From: Candidatus Bathyarchaeota archaeon
GTDB taxonomy: Archaea; Thermoproteota; Bathyarchaeia; 40CM-2-53-6
Direction: 5' to 3'
Length of the DNA: 64,000 nt
Assembly (NCBI GenBank): GCA_963733055.1
Contig: CAVTBR010000002.1
Span: 384,001-448,000 of the forward strand
Below are positions 9,631 to 20,238 of this stretch, one piece after another. The position numbers and the translations under genes are program-made. Below the pieces are notes generated by a model. It ran no database searches. It was not told the origin of the DNA and worked only from the letters and a program-made list of their open reading frames with translations. Within the stretch, counting starts at the first letter, position 1; each line of letters starts with the position of its first letter.

Positions 9631-10098
9631 ATGAGAGCTTGGAAGGCGAACATCTTCAATCGGATTCTGGTGGCTGTTGACGGTTCAAATAGCGCCAGAA
9701 AGGCCGCTGTCCTTGCCGTAAGGCTCGCCAAGCGCAACGCCTCCGAGTTAATCGTCACAGCCATAGCCCCCCGGCCAAGATATGTCTCCGCGTCAAGCTC
9801 GATGGTTGGAGGGCCACCGATAATCTTGACGGACTACTACACCATTCTGTCTAAGGACTCAGAAAGGTGGGTTAATGACATAGTGGGCATGGCCAAGAGC
9901 CATGGCGTAGACGCCAAGGGATATGTTCGAAAGTCAGACATGGTAGTTCGATCAATTACCGAGTTTGCGGCGCAACTAGGAGCGGACCTGATAGTTTTGG
10001 GCACCAGAGGGCGGAGCCGATTCAAAACCCTCCTGTTAGGAAGTGTGTCAAAGGGGGTAGTTCTTCAGGCGCCCTGTTCTGTACTCGTTGTCAGATGA
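9631..10098 (+). CDS. Universal stress protein (UspA family)
   Basis: RILVAVDGS and DLIVLGTRGRS...LLGSVS...PCSVLVVR. ATG 9631 preferred over the ORF-track start at 9349. Confidence 0.9.
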   Translation: MRAWKANIFNRILVAVDGSNSARKAAVLAVRLAKRNASELIVTAIAPRPRYVSASSSMVGGPPIILTDYYTILSKDSERWVNDIVGMAKSHGVDAKGYVRKSDMVVRSITEFAAQLGADLIVLGTRGRSRFKTLLLGSVSKGVVLQAPCSVLVVR

Positions 10099-10201
10099 GA
10101 GACATCATGATACCATTTAGTTTGTTCGGCAACAAGATTCACAAAGTTACACCCATTTCATGTAATTCTTCATTAGAGGAAGAGATGCTGGGCTACTCGC
10201 T

Positions 10202-10831
10202 ATGAAAAATGTCTCATTCGGTTTTGACACTCTCGAACTATCACTGATCCCTGTTCCAACTCTCAAGAGAAAGGTAACTGGAAAAATCGAGAGCAAATTG
10301 CGGCAGGTTGGTTTGTGGAATCTTGATCATGGAATTATGCTTGATTACGCACGGTTGCCTGACCATATTGTTCTCATGACTCACGACAAAATTACGGTGA
10401 CACTGCAACGAAGCGGAGAGATCACGATTGAAACTGATGATATTAACTCGGCCAAGACGAAGCGAGTTGAAGGCTTGGCTTCACGATTTGTTACCTTGGC
10501 AACCAAATTGGCTGGACGACAGATCTCATATGAGGCAAGGATGCTTCTTCACAAAGATGTGGAGAATGATCGTTTGAAAAGTGCTATTCAATTAACGCTC
10601 AGGAGGGCAACGTACCCACATATACGGCGTAGGATAAGTCAGAAGATAGAAGTTCAGGGTTTAACGTTAATGATTACGAAGGACACGTATCTTTCACTGT
10701 TTGGGCCAAAGGACTTTGATTATGTTACTAGAATGCGATTTACCGCCAGGGCGAAACCGAGAGGCTTTGTAGCTGACGCCTTTTCACGGGGCGTATTCGC
10801 TCAGAGGCAGATGGCGGGGATAGAGAGATGA
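10202..10831 (+). CDS. Hypothetical protein
   Basis: 209-aa ORF coupled to the next gene by an ATGA overlap. Confidence 0.6.
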   Translation: MKNVSFGFDTLELSLIPVPTLKRKVTGKIESKLRQVGLWNLDHGIMLDYARLPDHIVLMTHDKITVTLQRSGEITIETDDINSAKTKRVEGLASRFVTLATKLAGRQISYEARMLLHKDVENDRLKSAIQLTLRRATYPHIRRRISQKIEVQGLTLMITKDTYLSLFGPKDFDYVTRMRFTARAKPRGFVADAFSRGVFAQRQMAGIER

Positions 10832-11190
10832 TCAAGGCTGCTGATCATGATATAGTCAAGCATGGGCTTTTCAATTGGAACATGATGTCTCTGCCTGATG
10901 AGCCGGTTCATCCTCAGGAGGTTCGCATAAAGCATAGTTTACGCAAACCTTTGAGTTGGCAATACAAATTACAACGCCAACGCTTAATTGAGCGACTATT
11001 TGAACAGTCGAATCCACCCAAGAGTGAAATCGGATTCATTGAGGATTTGGTTGAGTCATGTTTAGTAGACCTATTCGAAAGCCGAGAAATCGTCTATCCG
11101 AGTGATGTTGTGGCGGCACTAGATTTAGATTACGATTTGGTTGATAAGATATTTGCCAAATTCTTCCGACAAGGAAAACTCAAAGAGTAG
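10828..11190 (+). CDS. Hypothetical protein with possible C-terminal winged helix
   Basis: YPSDVVAALDLDYDLVDKIFAKFFRQGKL resembles a wHTH. Confidence 0.55.
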   Translation: MIKAADHDIVKHGLFNWNMMSLPDEPVHPQEVRIKHSLRKPLSWQYKLQRQRLIERLFEQSNPPKSEIGFIEDLVESCLVDLFESREIVYPSDVVAALDLDYDLVDKIFAKFFRQGKLKE

Positions 11191-11466
11191 AGCCTTCGTA
11201 GGCTACAAACATGGTGACCGAGTTAGAGCTGATGTAATTTACATCGAAGCCCAAAAGATTGAGATGCTGCTGCCCGCGAGCGGCGCTACAGCTCGGCATG
11301 GTGCCAACAAAGCAAGGGCTGAGACAAACGCGGAAGCAAGAATCGAAAAGCCATTTCGTAAGGGGCGGTATATTCGCTACTGAAGGTGTCAGCCGATAGT
11401 TAACAGCTCGAAAGTTCGTGAAGGCACGAGCCACAGAGTTAACATAACCGCAGAAGTCTCATGTAC

Positions 11467-11706
11467 TTAGACTTCCTGGCGCCCTTTCCACACCAGAAAG
11501 AACCCTATTGTCCAACCGATTAGCCATAGTGGAGCCCAAATCAGGAAGAATAGGACGGGGTTGGTTGAAGTCAAGTATTGCAATCGGAGTAGGTAGATAA
11601 CGCCCCAAGTTGTGGAATTGGTGATAAGTCCGCCCACGATGGCGAGAAGAAAGGTCCACCGTAACGGGGCCTTTCGTGGACCCCATAGTGGATAGGTGCG
11701 AGGCAT
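11467..11706 (-). CDS. Small two-TM membrane protein
   Basis: Two hydrophobic, Trp-rich helices. Confidence 0.5.
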   Translation of the reverse strand: MPRTYPLWGPRKAPLRWTFLLAIVGGLITNSTTWGVIYLLRLQYLTSTNPVLFFLIWAPLWLIGWTIGFFLVWKGRQEV

Positions 11707-11913
11707 CTAGAGATCCTTCTCGACTGCGGCGATTGTTCGCTTCGACAAGGTGGATCATCCTCACGAGGTCGACTTGGTAACGTAATAATAGTTACGATTT
11801 CTTGAGAGTCTGTGCGCGAACGGCGATAATAGGAAAACACACGCAATAGAACACGAACTATGAGATACCTGAGACCATATTGATTAGATATATCTGAGTA
11901 ACCGAATTGATCC

Positions 11914-12249
11914 ATGGCAGTGATGGAGTTGATTGAGGTCGAGCTGGACGGCATTAAGAAGGTCGAGAAGGAATTTGCTGATTTGCTAAGACAGAGACTG
12001 AAAACGGACGTGACGATGAAGGGCGGAAAGCTCTTTCTCGATCAAACCGATGGACACTTAAGTCCTAAGGACGCGAAGTTACAAGTGAAGCATGCACTTC
12101 GCCACCTGGGTCTCGCAGAAGGGTACAGAGTGCTCTCTGAGCACCACATTATTCGGATCGAAAAGTTAGTTGAGAAAAAAAGACCCAAATACAGAAAGGA
12201 AGGAGAGGCCCCAGCTCCTTCTCAGTCTATGCCCTATTTCTTTCCGTAA
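11914..12249 (+). CDS. Ribosomal protein eL22-like protein
   Basis: Size and pattern (FADLLRQRL...SPKDAKLQVKHALRHLGLAEGYRVLS) resemble archaeal eL22 homologs from memory; not database-checked. Confidence 0.5.
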   Translation: MAVMELIEVELDGIKKVEKEFADLLRQRLKTDVTMKGGKLFLDQTDGHLSPKDAKLQVKHALRHLGLAEGYRVLSEHHIIRIEKLVEKKRPKYRKEGEAPAPSQSMPYFFP

Positions 12250-12317
12250 AGAAGTCCGCACCATTGAGACCACACACAATTTCTTGCGCTACCGATGACG
12301 AAAGAAAAACTTGGTCC

Positions 12318-13118
12318 TTAACTTGCTCGCGGAAGACTAGGTTGAGAATCTGAAAAATCTGGACGCCTGCATAAATTCCGTGCTAATGAACCCATTGGGT
12401 CCCAGAAAGATAGAACTATCGGCTCAGTGTCAAGTATTTTCAGAAGTTCTGAGGACAGGTACTCTTTCCTCACAACGACCTCGTAGAGGTATTGGTCGAA
12501 CCATTCATCCATCATATACATGAATCCTTTATCCCCTATCGCTGATCCCCAGCTGTTTTCAACTCGCCATTTCCTCGGGTTACTCTGCTCATCGAGGTCC
12601 ACCCCAGTGATCACCATGGCGTGAGTCATCTGACTGTCTCTATATTCTAATCTGGCAGCTTTGTCAAGTTTGAACTTAGCACCGTAGACCAGTTCGGTGT
12701 CATATATGCTTAGATCCATTGCTCCCATCTTCGTCTGCAGCATCTTCGCGACGTCGCATCCGAACCATACGGCATGATTGCCTTTGATCATGTCAACAGT
12801 TGCTTTCTTCAGGGTCCTCAAGTCGACATTCAGGTAACGAGTATCTTGTCCACCGACCACGTTACCGAGGTACTGGACGGTGTACAATTTGTTGAATGGT
12901 TTATCTTTTGTTGGGGCGTTGATAAGACTCACGAAATGATCCAGTTTCAATCCGATATACTCGTCGTAGAAGTCAAGCGGTGTAATGTTTCCCCTTCTAT
13001 GGAAGGCACCGTCCTTATCCCGCCACTCCCAATAAAATTCCTTCGGAGGCACTCCCAGGTTGATGCACAGCAGCCTGTAGAATTCTTCCATCAATTCTCC
13101 TTTCTTCATCCTCAGCAT
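12318..13118 (-). pseudogene. pepC: C-terminal half of aminopeptidase C / bleomycin hydrolase (C1B)
   Basis: VWFGCDV, MTHAMVITG, KWRVENSWG and WDPMGSLA are present. The N-terminal half with the catalytic Cys (QxxSGRCW) is absent. Confidence 0.8.
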
Positions 13119-13331
13119 GACATAGACGCCTACCCGCTCATCATCAAAAACCTAACCGGCGGATACGGCGGCGCACACTGCATGACATGCGCCTTGAGAA
13201 GAGGCTAGTCCCCTCGTTCACGATAATTAGGATTGGGTCTCTGACAATTGGTTCGATGTGCCTGAACAGATTGCTTATCGCATAGGCTCCATAACCGGAT
13301 GTCTGGGCTGTAGCAGGCGGGGACACATGCC

Positions 13332-15812
13332 ATGACTGATGAAATAGATACAAAAAAGGCCTCGGTTAGCGAACTCTTTCACAAATTGTCGTCAAGCGAA
13401 AGCGGACTTTCAGTTGCCGAATCAAAAAAGCGAATTCAAGAGTACGGGTTCAATGAGATTCCCGAGAAGAAGACCAATCCATTTCTCAAGTTCTTGAAAT
13501 ATTTCTGGGGACCGATCCCCTGGATGATAGAGGCCGCAGTCATCCTCTCTGCGTATATTCGTCACTGGGAAGATGTCTGGATCATCACGGCGTTGCTGCT
13601 GCTGAATGCTGTGGTCGGGTTTTGGCAGGAGAAGAAAGCAGACAATGCAATAGAGCTTCTGAAGCAGAAGTTGGCCCTGAAAGCGCGGGTTCTCCGCGAC
13701 GGCAACTGGCAAGAAGTGTCCGCACGAGAACTCGTACCAGGCGACGTAATCCGAATTCGTCTCGGCGACATCGTTCCAGCCGACGCTAAGCTAGTGAAGG
13801 GCGATTACCTGCAAGTAGACGAATCCGCCCTGACTGGAGAATCTCTGCCAGTGGAGAAAGCGACCTCAGATGTTACGTATGCCGGTTCGATTGTGCGGCA
13901 GGGAGAAATGGACGCGTTAGTAGCTGCCACGGGCACGAATAGCTACTTTGGCAAGACTGCTAAACTCGTCGAGGGAGCTCAACAGCACAGTCACTTCCAG
14001 AAGGCAGTTATCAAGATTGGAGATTTCCTGATTCTTCTCGCAGTCTCACTGGTCGCAGCTATTTTTCTCGTAGCGCTGTTCCGCCATGAGAGCATACTCA
14101 AGACCCTTCAATTTGCACTCGTCCTCATAGTAGCCGCGATCCCGGTCACGTTGCCAGCGGTCCTAACTGTCACAATGGCCGTGGGGGCAACCGCCCTAGC
14201 CAAGAAGGAAGCGATCGTGAGCAAGCTGGTTGCAATAGAAGAAATGGCTGGCATGGATGTTCTCTGCGCCGACAAGACCGGCACGATAACTAAGAACGAG
14301 CTTTCCGTAGCTGAGGTCAATGCGTTCCACGCATTCACCGAGGACGATGTGCTCGTTTTCGGTTCGCTTGCATCAAGGAAGGAAGATCAAGATCCGATAG
14401 ATAATGCGGTGATAAGCAAGGCGGAGACAACAACAAAGGCCGCCGCACGTCTAGGCTCATTTAAGGTGACTGCCTTTCATCCGTTCGACCCCGTGGCAAA
14501 GCGCACAGAAGCCACCGTTGAGGACCCGAAAGGGAACGAATTCAAGGTCTCAAAAGGCGCTCCCCAAGTCATCGTGTCGCTGGTAGCCAACAAAGAGGCG
14601 GTTGAGGCTACGGTCGACGAGAAGGTCAATTCATTTGCGAAAAAGGGCTATCGAGCTCTAGGCGTGGCTCGAACTGATTCCAAAGGAAGCTGGCAATTTG
14701 CGGGCTTAATTCCACTTTACGACCCTCCCAGGGATGACTCCGCTGCCACAATCCGAACGGCTCAATCCATGGGCGTGCGCGTCAAAATGGTCACGGGAGA
14801 CCATCTAGCGATAGCGAAGGAAATCGCGTCTGAGATGAAGTTGGGAAATAACATTGTTCTAGCCTCAGCCTTCGTCGATAAACCAGACAGAGAGGCGGAG
14901 CGAGCTGTTGAGAACGCTGACGGCTTCGCACAGGTCTTCCCGGAACACAAGTACCACATCGTCGAGCTATTACAGCACAAGGGTCACATCGTTGGAATGA
15001 CGGGGGACGGCGTGAACGACGCCCCGGCTCTTAAGGAGGCTGACTGCGGAATCGCAGTTGCAGGCGCAACCGACGCTGCGAAGTCTGCCGCAGACATCGT
15101 CCTCACCAGACCAGGCCTATCAGTGATTATTGACGCCATCAAGGAGAGCAGGAAAATCTTCCAGAGGATGGACAACTACTCCATCTATCGTATTACAGAG
15201 ACAATTCGCGTGCTATTCTTCATCACACTATCCATTATCGCATTCGGCTTCTACCCGGTCACAGCACTGATGATAGTTCTGTTAGCCTTACTGAACGATG
15301 CTCCAATTATGACAATTGCATATGACAACGTACGATACTCTAACGAGCCGGAAAAATGGGATATGAGGCGCACGTTGGGGATAGCCGCTTTTCTTGGGTC
15401 CATTGGAGTAGTCTCCTCCTTTCTGATCCTATACATCGGCCTACGAGTATTCCTACTTACCCCCGCAGTTCTCCAATCGTTTATCTACTTGAAACTCTCC
15501 GTGGCGGGCCACTTGACCGTGTTCGTTGCTCGCACAAAGAAATCATTTTGGTCAATCAAGCCTTCAATCCAATTATTCTTGGCGGTTGTTGTGACGCAGA
15601 CTATTGCAACAATCATCACCGTATACGGCATCCTACTGCCCGCAATGGGTTGGGGACTCGCCATATTCATCTGGGCGTATGCATTGATTGCATTTGTGAT
15701 AACCGACTTCCTGAAACTCCTAGGATACCGTTTACTGAACCACAGAGGATTGAAATTCAGTCTTCAGCCCAAGTCAGCACTACAACGCATGCAACAGCCC
15801 ATAACAAAGTGA
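13332..15812 (+). CDS. Plasma-membrane proton-efflux P-type ATPase (P3A)
   Basis: FWGPIPWMIE, TGES, CADKTGTITKNEL, KGAPQ, DPPR, MTGDGVNDAP and LLNDAPIMTIAYD. Confidence 0.95.
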   Translation: MTDEIDTKKASVSELFHKLSSSESGLSVAESKKRIQEYGFNEIPEKKTNPFLKFLKYFWGPIPWMIEAAVILSAYIRHWEDVWIITALLLLNAVVGFWQEKKADNAIELLKQKLALKARVLRDGNWQEVSARELVPGDVIRIRLGDIVPADAKLVKGDYLQVDESALTGESLPVEKATSDVTYAGSIVRQGEMDALVAATGTNSYFGKTAKLVEGAQQHSHFQKAVIKIGDFLILLAVSLVAAIFLVALFRHESILKTLQFALVLIVAAIPVTLPAVLTVTMAVGATALAKKEAIVSKLVAIEEMAGMDVLCADKTGTITKNELSVAEVNAFHAFTEDDVLVFGSLASRKEDQDPIDNAVISKAETTTKAAARLGSFKVTAFHPFDPVAKRTEATVEDPKGNEFKVSKGAPQVIVSLVANKEAVEATVDEKVNSFAKKGYRALGVARTDSKGSWQFAGLIPLYDPPRDDSAATIRTAQSMGVRVKMVTGDHLAIAKEIASEMKLGNNIVLASAFVDKPDREAERAVENADGFAQVFPEHKYHIVELLQHKGHIVGMTGDGVNDAPALKEADCGIAVAGATDAAKSAADIVLTRPGLSVIIDAIKESRKIFQRMDNYSIYRITETIRVLFFITLSIIAFGFYPVTALMIVLLALLNDAPIMTIAYDNVRYSNEPEKWDMRRTLGIAAFLGSIGVVSSFLILYIGLRVFLLTPAVLQSFIYLKLSVAGHLTVFVARTKKSFWSIKPSIQLFLAVVVTQTIATIITVYGILLPAMGWGLAIFIWAYALIAFVITDFLKLLGYRLLNHRGLKFSLQPKSALQRMQQPITK

Positions 15813-16174
15813 ACTTAAATGTCTAGGAAAATGGAATGGTTAAAGAAATAACTGGATTCGATAGGAGTCTCGACTGTTGCCAATGAGTCCGGATGGGATC
15901 GAATCGTTAGGCTTGAAGGAACCTCTTGACAGGAGGAAGGTAGTGGATTACATGCAGGAGTTCAAGATCACGTCATACTGGAGGGAAGATGAGGGTTTAG
16001 GGGCCTAAGTTTCCGGCCTCATATCGGTTGAAAGGCAGGCCAGAGGTTTCAGGAAACCCTGCACCTGTACAGCAGAGAAGAAGTGGAGCGCCTCAGCGCT
16101 GAATTGATGTCACAAGCTGTTCCGAGAGACCGACCTGAAAAGGATAGGTAGCCTTTTCTTTCTACACGGTTATC

Positions 16175-16543
16175 GTGAAACGCATGGCAATCGATCGGCA
16201 TCTCCTCAAACGCATTTTGGAACATTACAAGCACTGGCTTGACGGATTCCTCCAAGACGAAAAGATAAAACCGATCGCCAACGGACACATAGCTGATCTA
16301 AAGCGAGAAGTCGACGCTTCTCTAGTCGCGTTAACGTCGCTTGAAACCGACCTCGACACCGAAACTAAGAATTGGGTACATGTTCACACAAAAATCCTGA
16401 AACCCGCAGTTACACAGTACGAGAATGACGCCAAGCAATTATTGGAACTAGCGCGCGACAAGTTGTCTGGACCTAATCTTCACGAATTGGAGATTGAATT
16501 GGCCAGAATAGCCGCTGAAATAGCCACATTGATGAATCTCTAA
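16175..16543 (+). CDS. Hypothetical helical protein
   Basis: 122-aa ORF with amphipathic helices. Confidence 0.5.
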   Translation: MKRMAIDRHLLKRILEHYKHWLDGFLQDEKIKPIANGHIADLKREVDASLVALTSLETDLDTETKNWVHVHTKILKPAVTQYENDAKQLLELARDKLSGPNLHELEIELARIAAEIATLMNL

Positions 16544-16879
16544 GCCTGCTATGGTCCGTGTTAGAATGTTCCGGAATTGCTGAGGACTGAGTCGCAATAG
16601 AACCATCGCAAGAAGGAGAAGGAAAGAAATTCGCGCCAAGTTGCGGCGATCCTCATCCTAGCATGGCTGGCGGCAATGATGTTGGGCTACATAAACGGTA
16701 GATTCATTTCAGCTGCACTAGTAGTGCTTGTCCTTCTAGCCCTGATATTCGCAATGTGGGCACTCTTGAAACTCAACCCCCGGAAGGCAAAACAGCGCAA
16801 ATAGGTTACGTCCAACCCAGCGAGACGACATCTCTTCGAGCGCCAAACCGGGTATAAACAATATCTGTCTCCACGGTCT

Positions 16880-18706
16880 TTGAGCAAGCAATCGGGCCTG
16901 GGAGTCGATGAAATGGCGAAGCGACTAGGAGGATTTGATGCCCGAACTGGTTTTCTTTATCTACGAAAGTGGACCGTAGTTGCAATTGCCACCGGCATAG
17001 TCGCTGGCATTGGAGCATTAGCTCTAATTCAGGGCATTGACTTCTTCACGAAACTATTCCTCGTGGGAATAGTGGGATATGCACCGCCGTTACCCGGCGG
17101 CGAGTCAGCAGCGCGCCTAACAACCATAGTCATCGCGCGCCCCTGGTTAATCCCAGTCTCAACCGGTCTCGGAGGACTGGTCAGTGGCCTAATAGTTGCA
17201 AGGCTTGCACCCGAAGCCAAAGGTGTTGGAACTGATGCCGCAATAGGCGAATTTCACAAAGGTCACGCCCTTATTCGGACTCGCGTACCACTCGTTAAAC
17301 TCCTCACCTCAGCCATCACGATAGGGTCAGGGGGGACCTCCGGACGTGAAGGGCCCATTGCTCAGATAGGCGCTGGTCTAGGTACGCAGATTGCAAAGGC
17401 ATTCAAGCTTACAGAGCGAGAGAGGAGAATCGCTCTTGCTGCAGGGCTCGGAGCGGGTATTGCTGCAATCTTCAAAGCTCCCTTGGCTGGGGCGATTCTG
17501 AGTGGTGAGATATTCTACAGACACGATTTTGAAGCCGAAGCCATGATTCCAGGATTCATAGCCTCAACAGTCAGCTACACAATCGTAGGCTTCGTGACAG
17601 GATGGCAACCAATCTTCAGTACCGGAATCACCCCAGTAGCATTCACACATCCAGAAGCACTACTCCTCTATGGAGTGCTAGGAGTCGTATGCGCTGCGTT
17701 CGCGCACTTGCTCTTCAAAATCTACTTCACGGTTCACGACATCTTTGAGAAGATTCGAATACCCATGTTTACCAAGCCTGCGATTGGCGGGCTATTAGCA
17801 GGCGTCATAGGCATTTACGTTCCTTCCGTTCTGGGCGTAGGTTATGGTTGGGCTCAGCTTGCGCTTAATCAGAACTACCAAGTGTTACCCCCGACGATAA
17901 TGATACTAGCTATTTTCGCTGAGATATTTGCTATGTCGTTTACGTTGGGTTCAGGTGGTAGTGGAGGATTATTTGGTCCCTGTGTTGTTACGGGAACGAT
18001 GATTGGTGGCGCTTTCGGCTACTATGCGCATCTAGCGTTTCCTGCAACTGTGACGAATCCGTCGAACTTTGCCATTGTTGGGATGATGGCTTTCTTCGGT
18101 GGTGCTGCGAAGTCGCCCTTGGCAGTGATCGTAATGATAGCAGAGATGACTGGGGGCTATGGTTTGCTCGCGCCGTCGATGATCGCTGTGGTTGTTGCAT
18201 ACTTACTCACTGGAAACTTGAGCATATTCTACAATCAGGTGGACAGTGTTGAAGAATCTCCTGCACACATTGAGGAGTATGAGACGTTAGCCCTGAAGAG
18301 GATTATGGTCGCTGACATTATGACAAGAAACGTCGTATCGGTAAAGCCAACTCTCAGCGTTCAAGTAGCTCTAGACTTGATGGAGGCGAATCTTGTAGGC
18401 GGCTTGCCAGTGGTATCGAATGACAAATTGTCGGGGATGGTTACAAAGACCGACATACTGAAGGTTGAAACTTCAAAACGCGCAGAAACAGCCGTTAAGG
18501 ATGTCATGACAGTGCAGTTATTGGTCGCGTCGCCTGAAGAAGACCTGTTTTTGGCTTTAACGAGAATGATGAATAGAGGCGTAGGCAGACTTCCAGTCGT
18601 TCCGAACGACAACCCAGAGGCAATGATCGGCATAATCACACGCACCGACATTGCAAAGGCAATCGAAAAACACCGTCTCACCCAATCCTCTAAGAGCAAT
18701 GAGTGA
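16880..18706 (+). CDS. ClC chloride channel/H+-Cl- antiporter with C-terminal CBS pair
   Basis: GVGTD, GREGP and GGLFGP selectivity motifs; two CBS domains. Confidence 0.93.
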   Translation: MSKQSGLGVDEMAKRLGGFDARTGFLYLRKWTVVAIATGIVAGIGALALIQGIDFFTKLFLVGIVGYAPPLPGGESAARLTTIVIARPWLIPVSTGLGGLVSGLIVARLAPEAKGVGTDAAIGEFHKGHALIRTRVPLVKLLTSAITIGSGGTSGREGPIAQIGAGLGTQIAKAFKLTERERRIALAAGLGAGIAAIFKAPLAGAILSGEIFYRHDFEAEAMIPGFIASTVSYTIVGFVTGWQPIFSTGITPVAFTHPEALLLYGVLGVVCAAFAHLLFKIYFTVHDIFEKIRIPMFTKPAIGGLLAGVIGIYVPSVLGVGYGWAQLALNQNYQVLPPTIMILAIFAEIFAMSFTLGSGGSGGLFGPCVVTGTMIGGAFGYYAHLAFPATVTNPSNFAIVGMMAFFGGAAKSPLAVIVMIAEMTGGYGLLAPSMIAVVVAYLLTGNLSIFYNQVDSVEESPAHIEEYETLALKRIMVADIMTRNVVSVKPTLSVQVALDLMEANLVGGLPVVSNDKLSGMVTKTDILKVETSKRAETAVKDVMTVQLLVASPEEDLFLALTRMMNRGVGRLPVVPNDNPEAMIGIITRTDIAKAIEKHRLTQSSKSNE

Positions 18707-18848
18707 GGAAGAACAATCGGATGAGCTTGTTGCCTAGAACGAGACGGGTTGAACAGGTTCGGAGGAATAGATAGCATATAGCCTTCACATACCAGAAAAG
18801 AGAGAAAAGTAAAGAGTAAGATGAACTTGTGCGGCGTGTTGTTGTGAC

Positions 18849-20054
18849 ATGCCCATCGCCACGTCTCCAATGACCCTAATGTTGCTTGTGATTGTGCTGT
18901 CTTTTGTGGCAGCTATCATAAGCTCCAAACTAAGGGCATCTTACACGACAGTCATAGTTGCTATCGGTCTTATCCTCTCTCTTCTCAGGCTGGAGGTCGG
19001 GTTCAGTAGCATATCCATCGACAGCAATCTGATACTCGGAATTGTTGTTCCTCCCCTGATATTTGAAGCAGCTATGCGAACTCGCTTTGAAGTTTTCAGA
19101 ACTGTTCAGAAGACAGTCATAGGTTTAGCGATATTCGGCGTTGTGATTTCCGCTTTCGTTAGCGCCTTTGTTCTCCACGTCACCTTAGGGCTACCTCTGG
19201 CAGTTGCACTCCTGTTTGGGGTCATTGTCTCGCCTACCGACCCAGTGACTGTCGTGAGTATCTTGAAGAGAGTGCAGGTGCCGGAGAGGCTGACGACGAT
19301 TCTGGAATCGGAAGCGTATCTCAATAATGCTACACCGGTCATTCTATTTCCTCTCGCTCTTTCCTTATCCTTCAACCCCATGCAGAGCCTAAGCCACTTT
19401 GCCGTCATCTTGTTGGGAGGAGTTGCGGTCGGCCTGCTTGTCTCGGGCGTTGCTGAACTGTTGCACAAGTTAATCACCGAACCGTTGGCCGAGACATCCT
19501 TCACGATAGCCGTCATGTATGGTTCCTACATCCTCGCAGAGAGTTTGGGTGTGTCGGGGTTGATGGCAGTACCGATCGCTGGCCTCTACATGGGTAACCG
19601 GACCATGCGAACCGCCATGTCTGAAGAAACTCGGGTAACCATGACGAAGTTTTGGGAAGTGGTGACTTTTCTCGCTACGTCATTCGCGTTTCTACTTATC
19701 GGGCTGAAGACGGACTTCAGCCTCCTCGTTGCTTATGCTCCGTTCATAATCGTGGCTTTTGCAGCGATACTCGTTGCTAGAATTCTTAGCGTCTATCCGA
19801 TCCTGTGGTTAGCGCAGTTGCTCGGAGAGAAGATTCCTAGTTCATGGAAGAAGATAGTGGCCTTCGCAGGTCTGCGAGGAGCGGTCTCAGTTGCTCTGGT
19901 TCTGGCGTTGCCCCAAAGCAGTTCAGGAGGCATTATAACGGCGATGATATTCGGCGTGGCCCTTATCTCACTGATTATTCAAGCAGAAATTCTGCAAGCT
20001 TACATCAAGAATGAATTGGTAAAGTTGAGTCTAAACCCTGATGCAGCGCAATAG
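18849..20054 (+). CDS. CPA1 (NhaP-type) Na+/H+ antiporter
   Basis: PPLIFEAA, SPTDPV, ESEAYLNN and GLRGAVS; about 12 TM helices. Confidence 0.9.
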   Translation: MPIATSPMTLMLLVIVLSFVAAIISSKLRASYTTVIVAIGLILSLLRLEVGFSSISIDSNLILGIVVPPLIFEAAMRTRFEVFRTVQKTVIGLAIFGVVISAFVSAFVLHVTLGLPLAVALLFGVIVSPTDPVTVVSILKRVQVPERLTTILESEAYLNNATPVILFPLALSLSFNPMQSLSHFAVILLGGVAVGLLVSGVAELLHKLITEPLAETSFTIAVMYGSYILAESLGVSGLMAVPIAGLYMGNRTMRTAMSEETRVTMTKFWEVVTFLATSFAFLLIGLKTDFSLLVAYAPFIIVAFAAILVARILSVYPILWLAQLLGEKIPSSWKKIVAFAGLRGAVSVALVLALPQSSSGGIITAMIFGVALISLIIQAEILQAYIKNELVKLSLNPDAAQ

Positions 20055-20065
20055 ACGACCCACGG

Positions 20066-20238
20066 CAAATTAGTGGGGGTGGTTACTAAGACCGACATAT
20101 TGAAAGTTGAACCTTCCAAGCGTGCAGAGAAAATAGTTGACGAAATCATGACAAGACAATTGGTCTTTGCATACCCGGAGGAAGACCAGTTTTCAGCATT
20201 AACGAGAATGATGGCGAGAGGAGTTAGCAGACTGCCAG
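20066..20238 (+). pseudogene. Diverged duplicate fragment of the ClC CBS domain
   Basis: VVTKTDILKVEPSKRAE...PEEDQFSALTRMMARGVSRLP aligns with 18424-18596. Confidence 0.85.
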
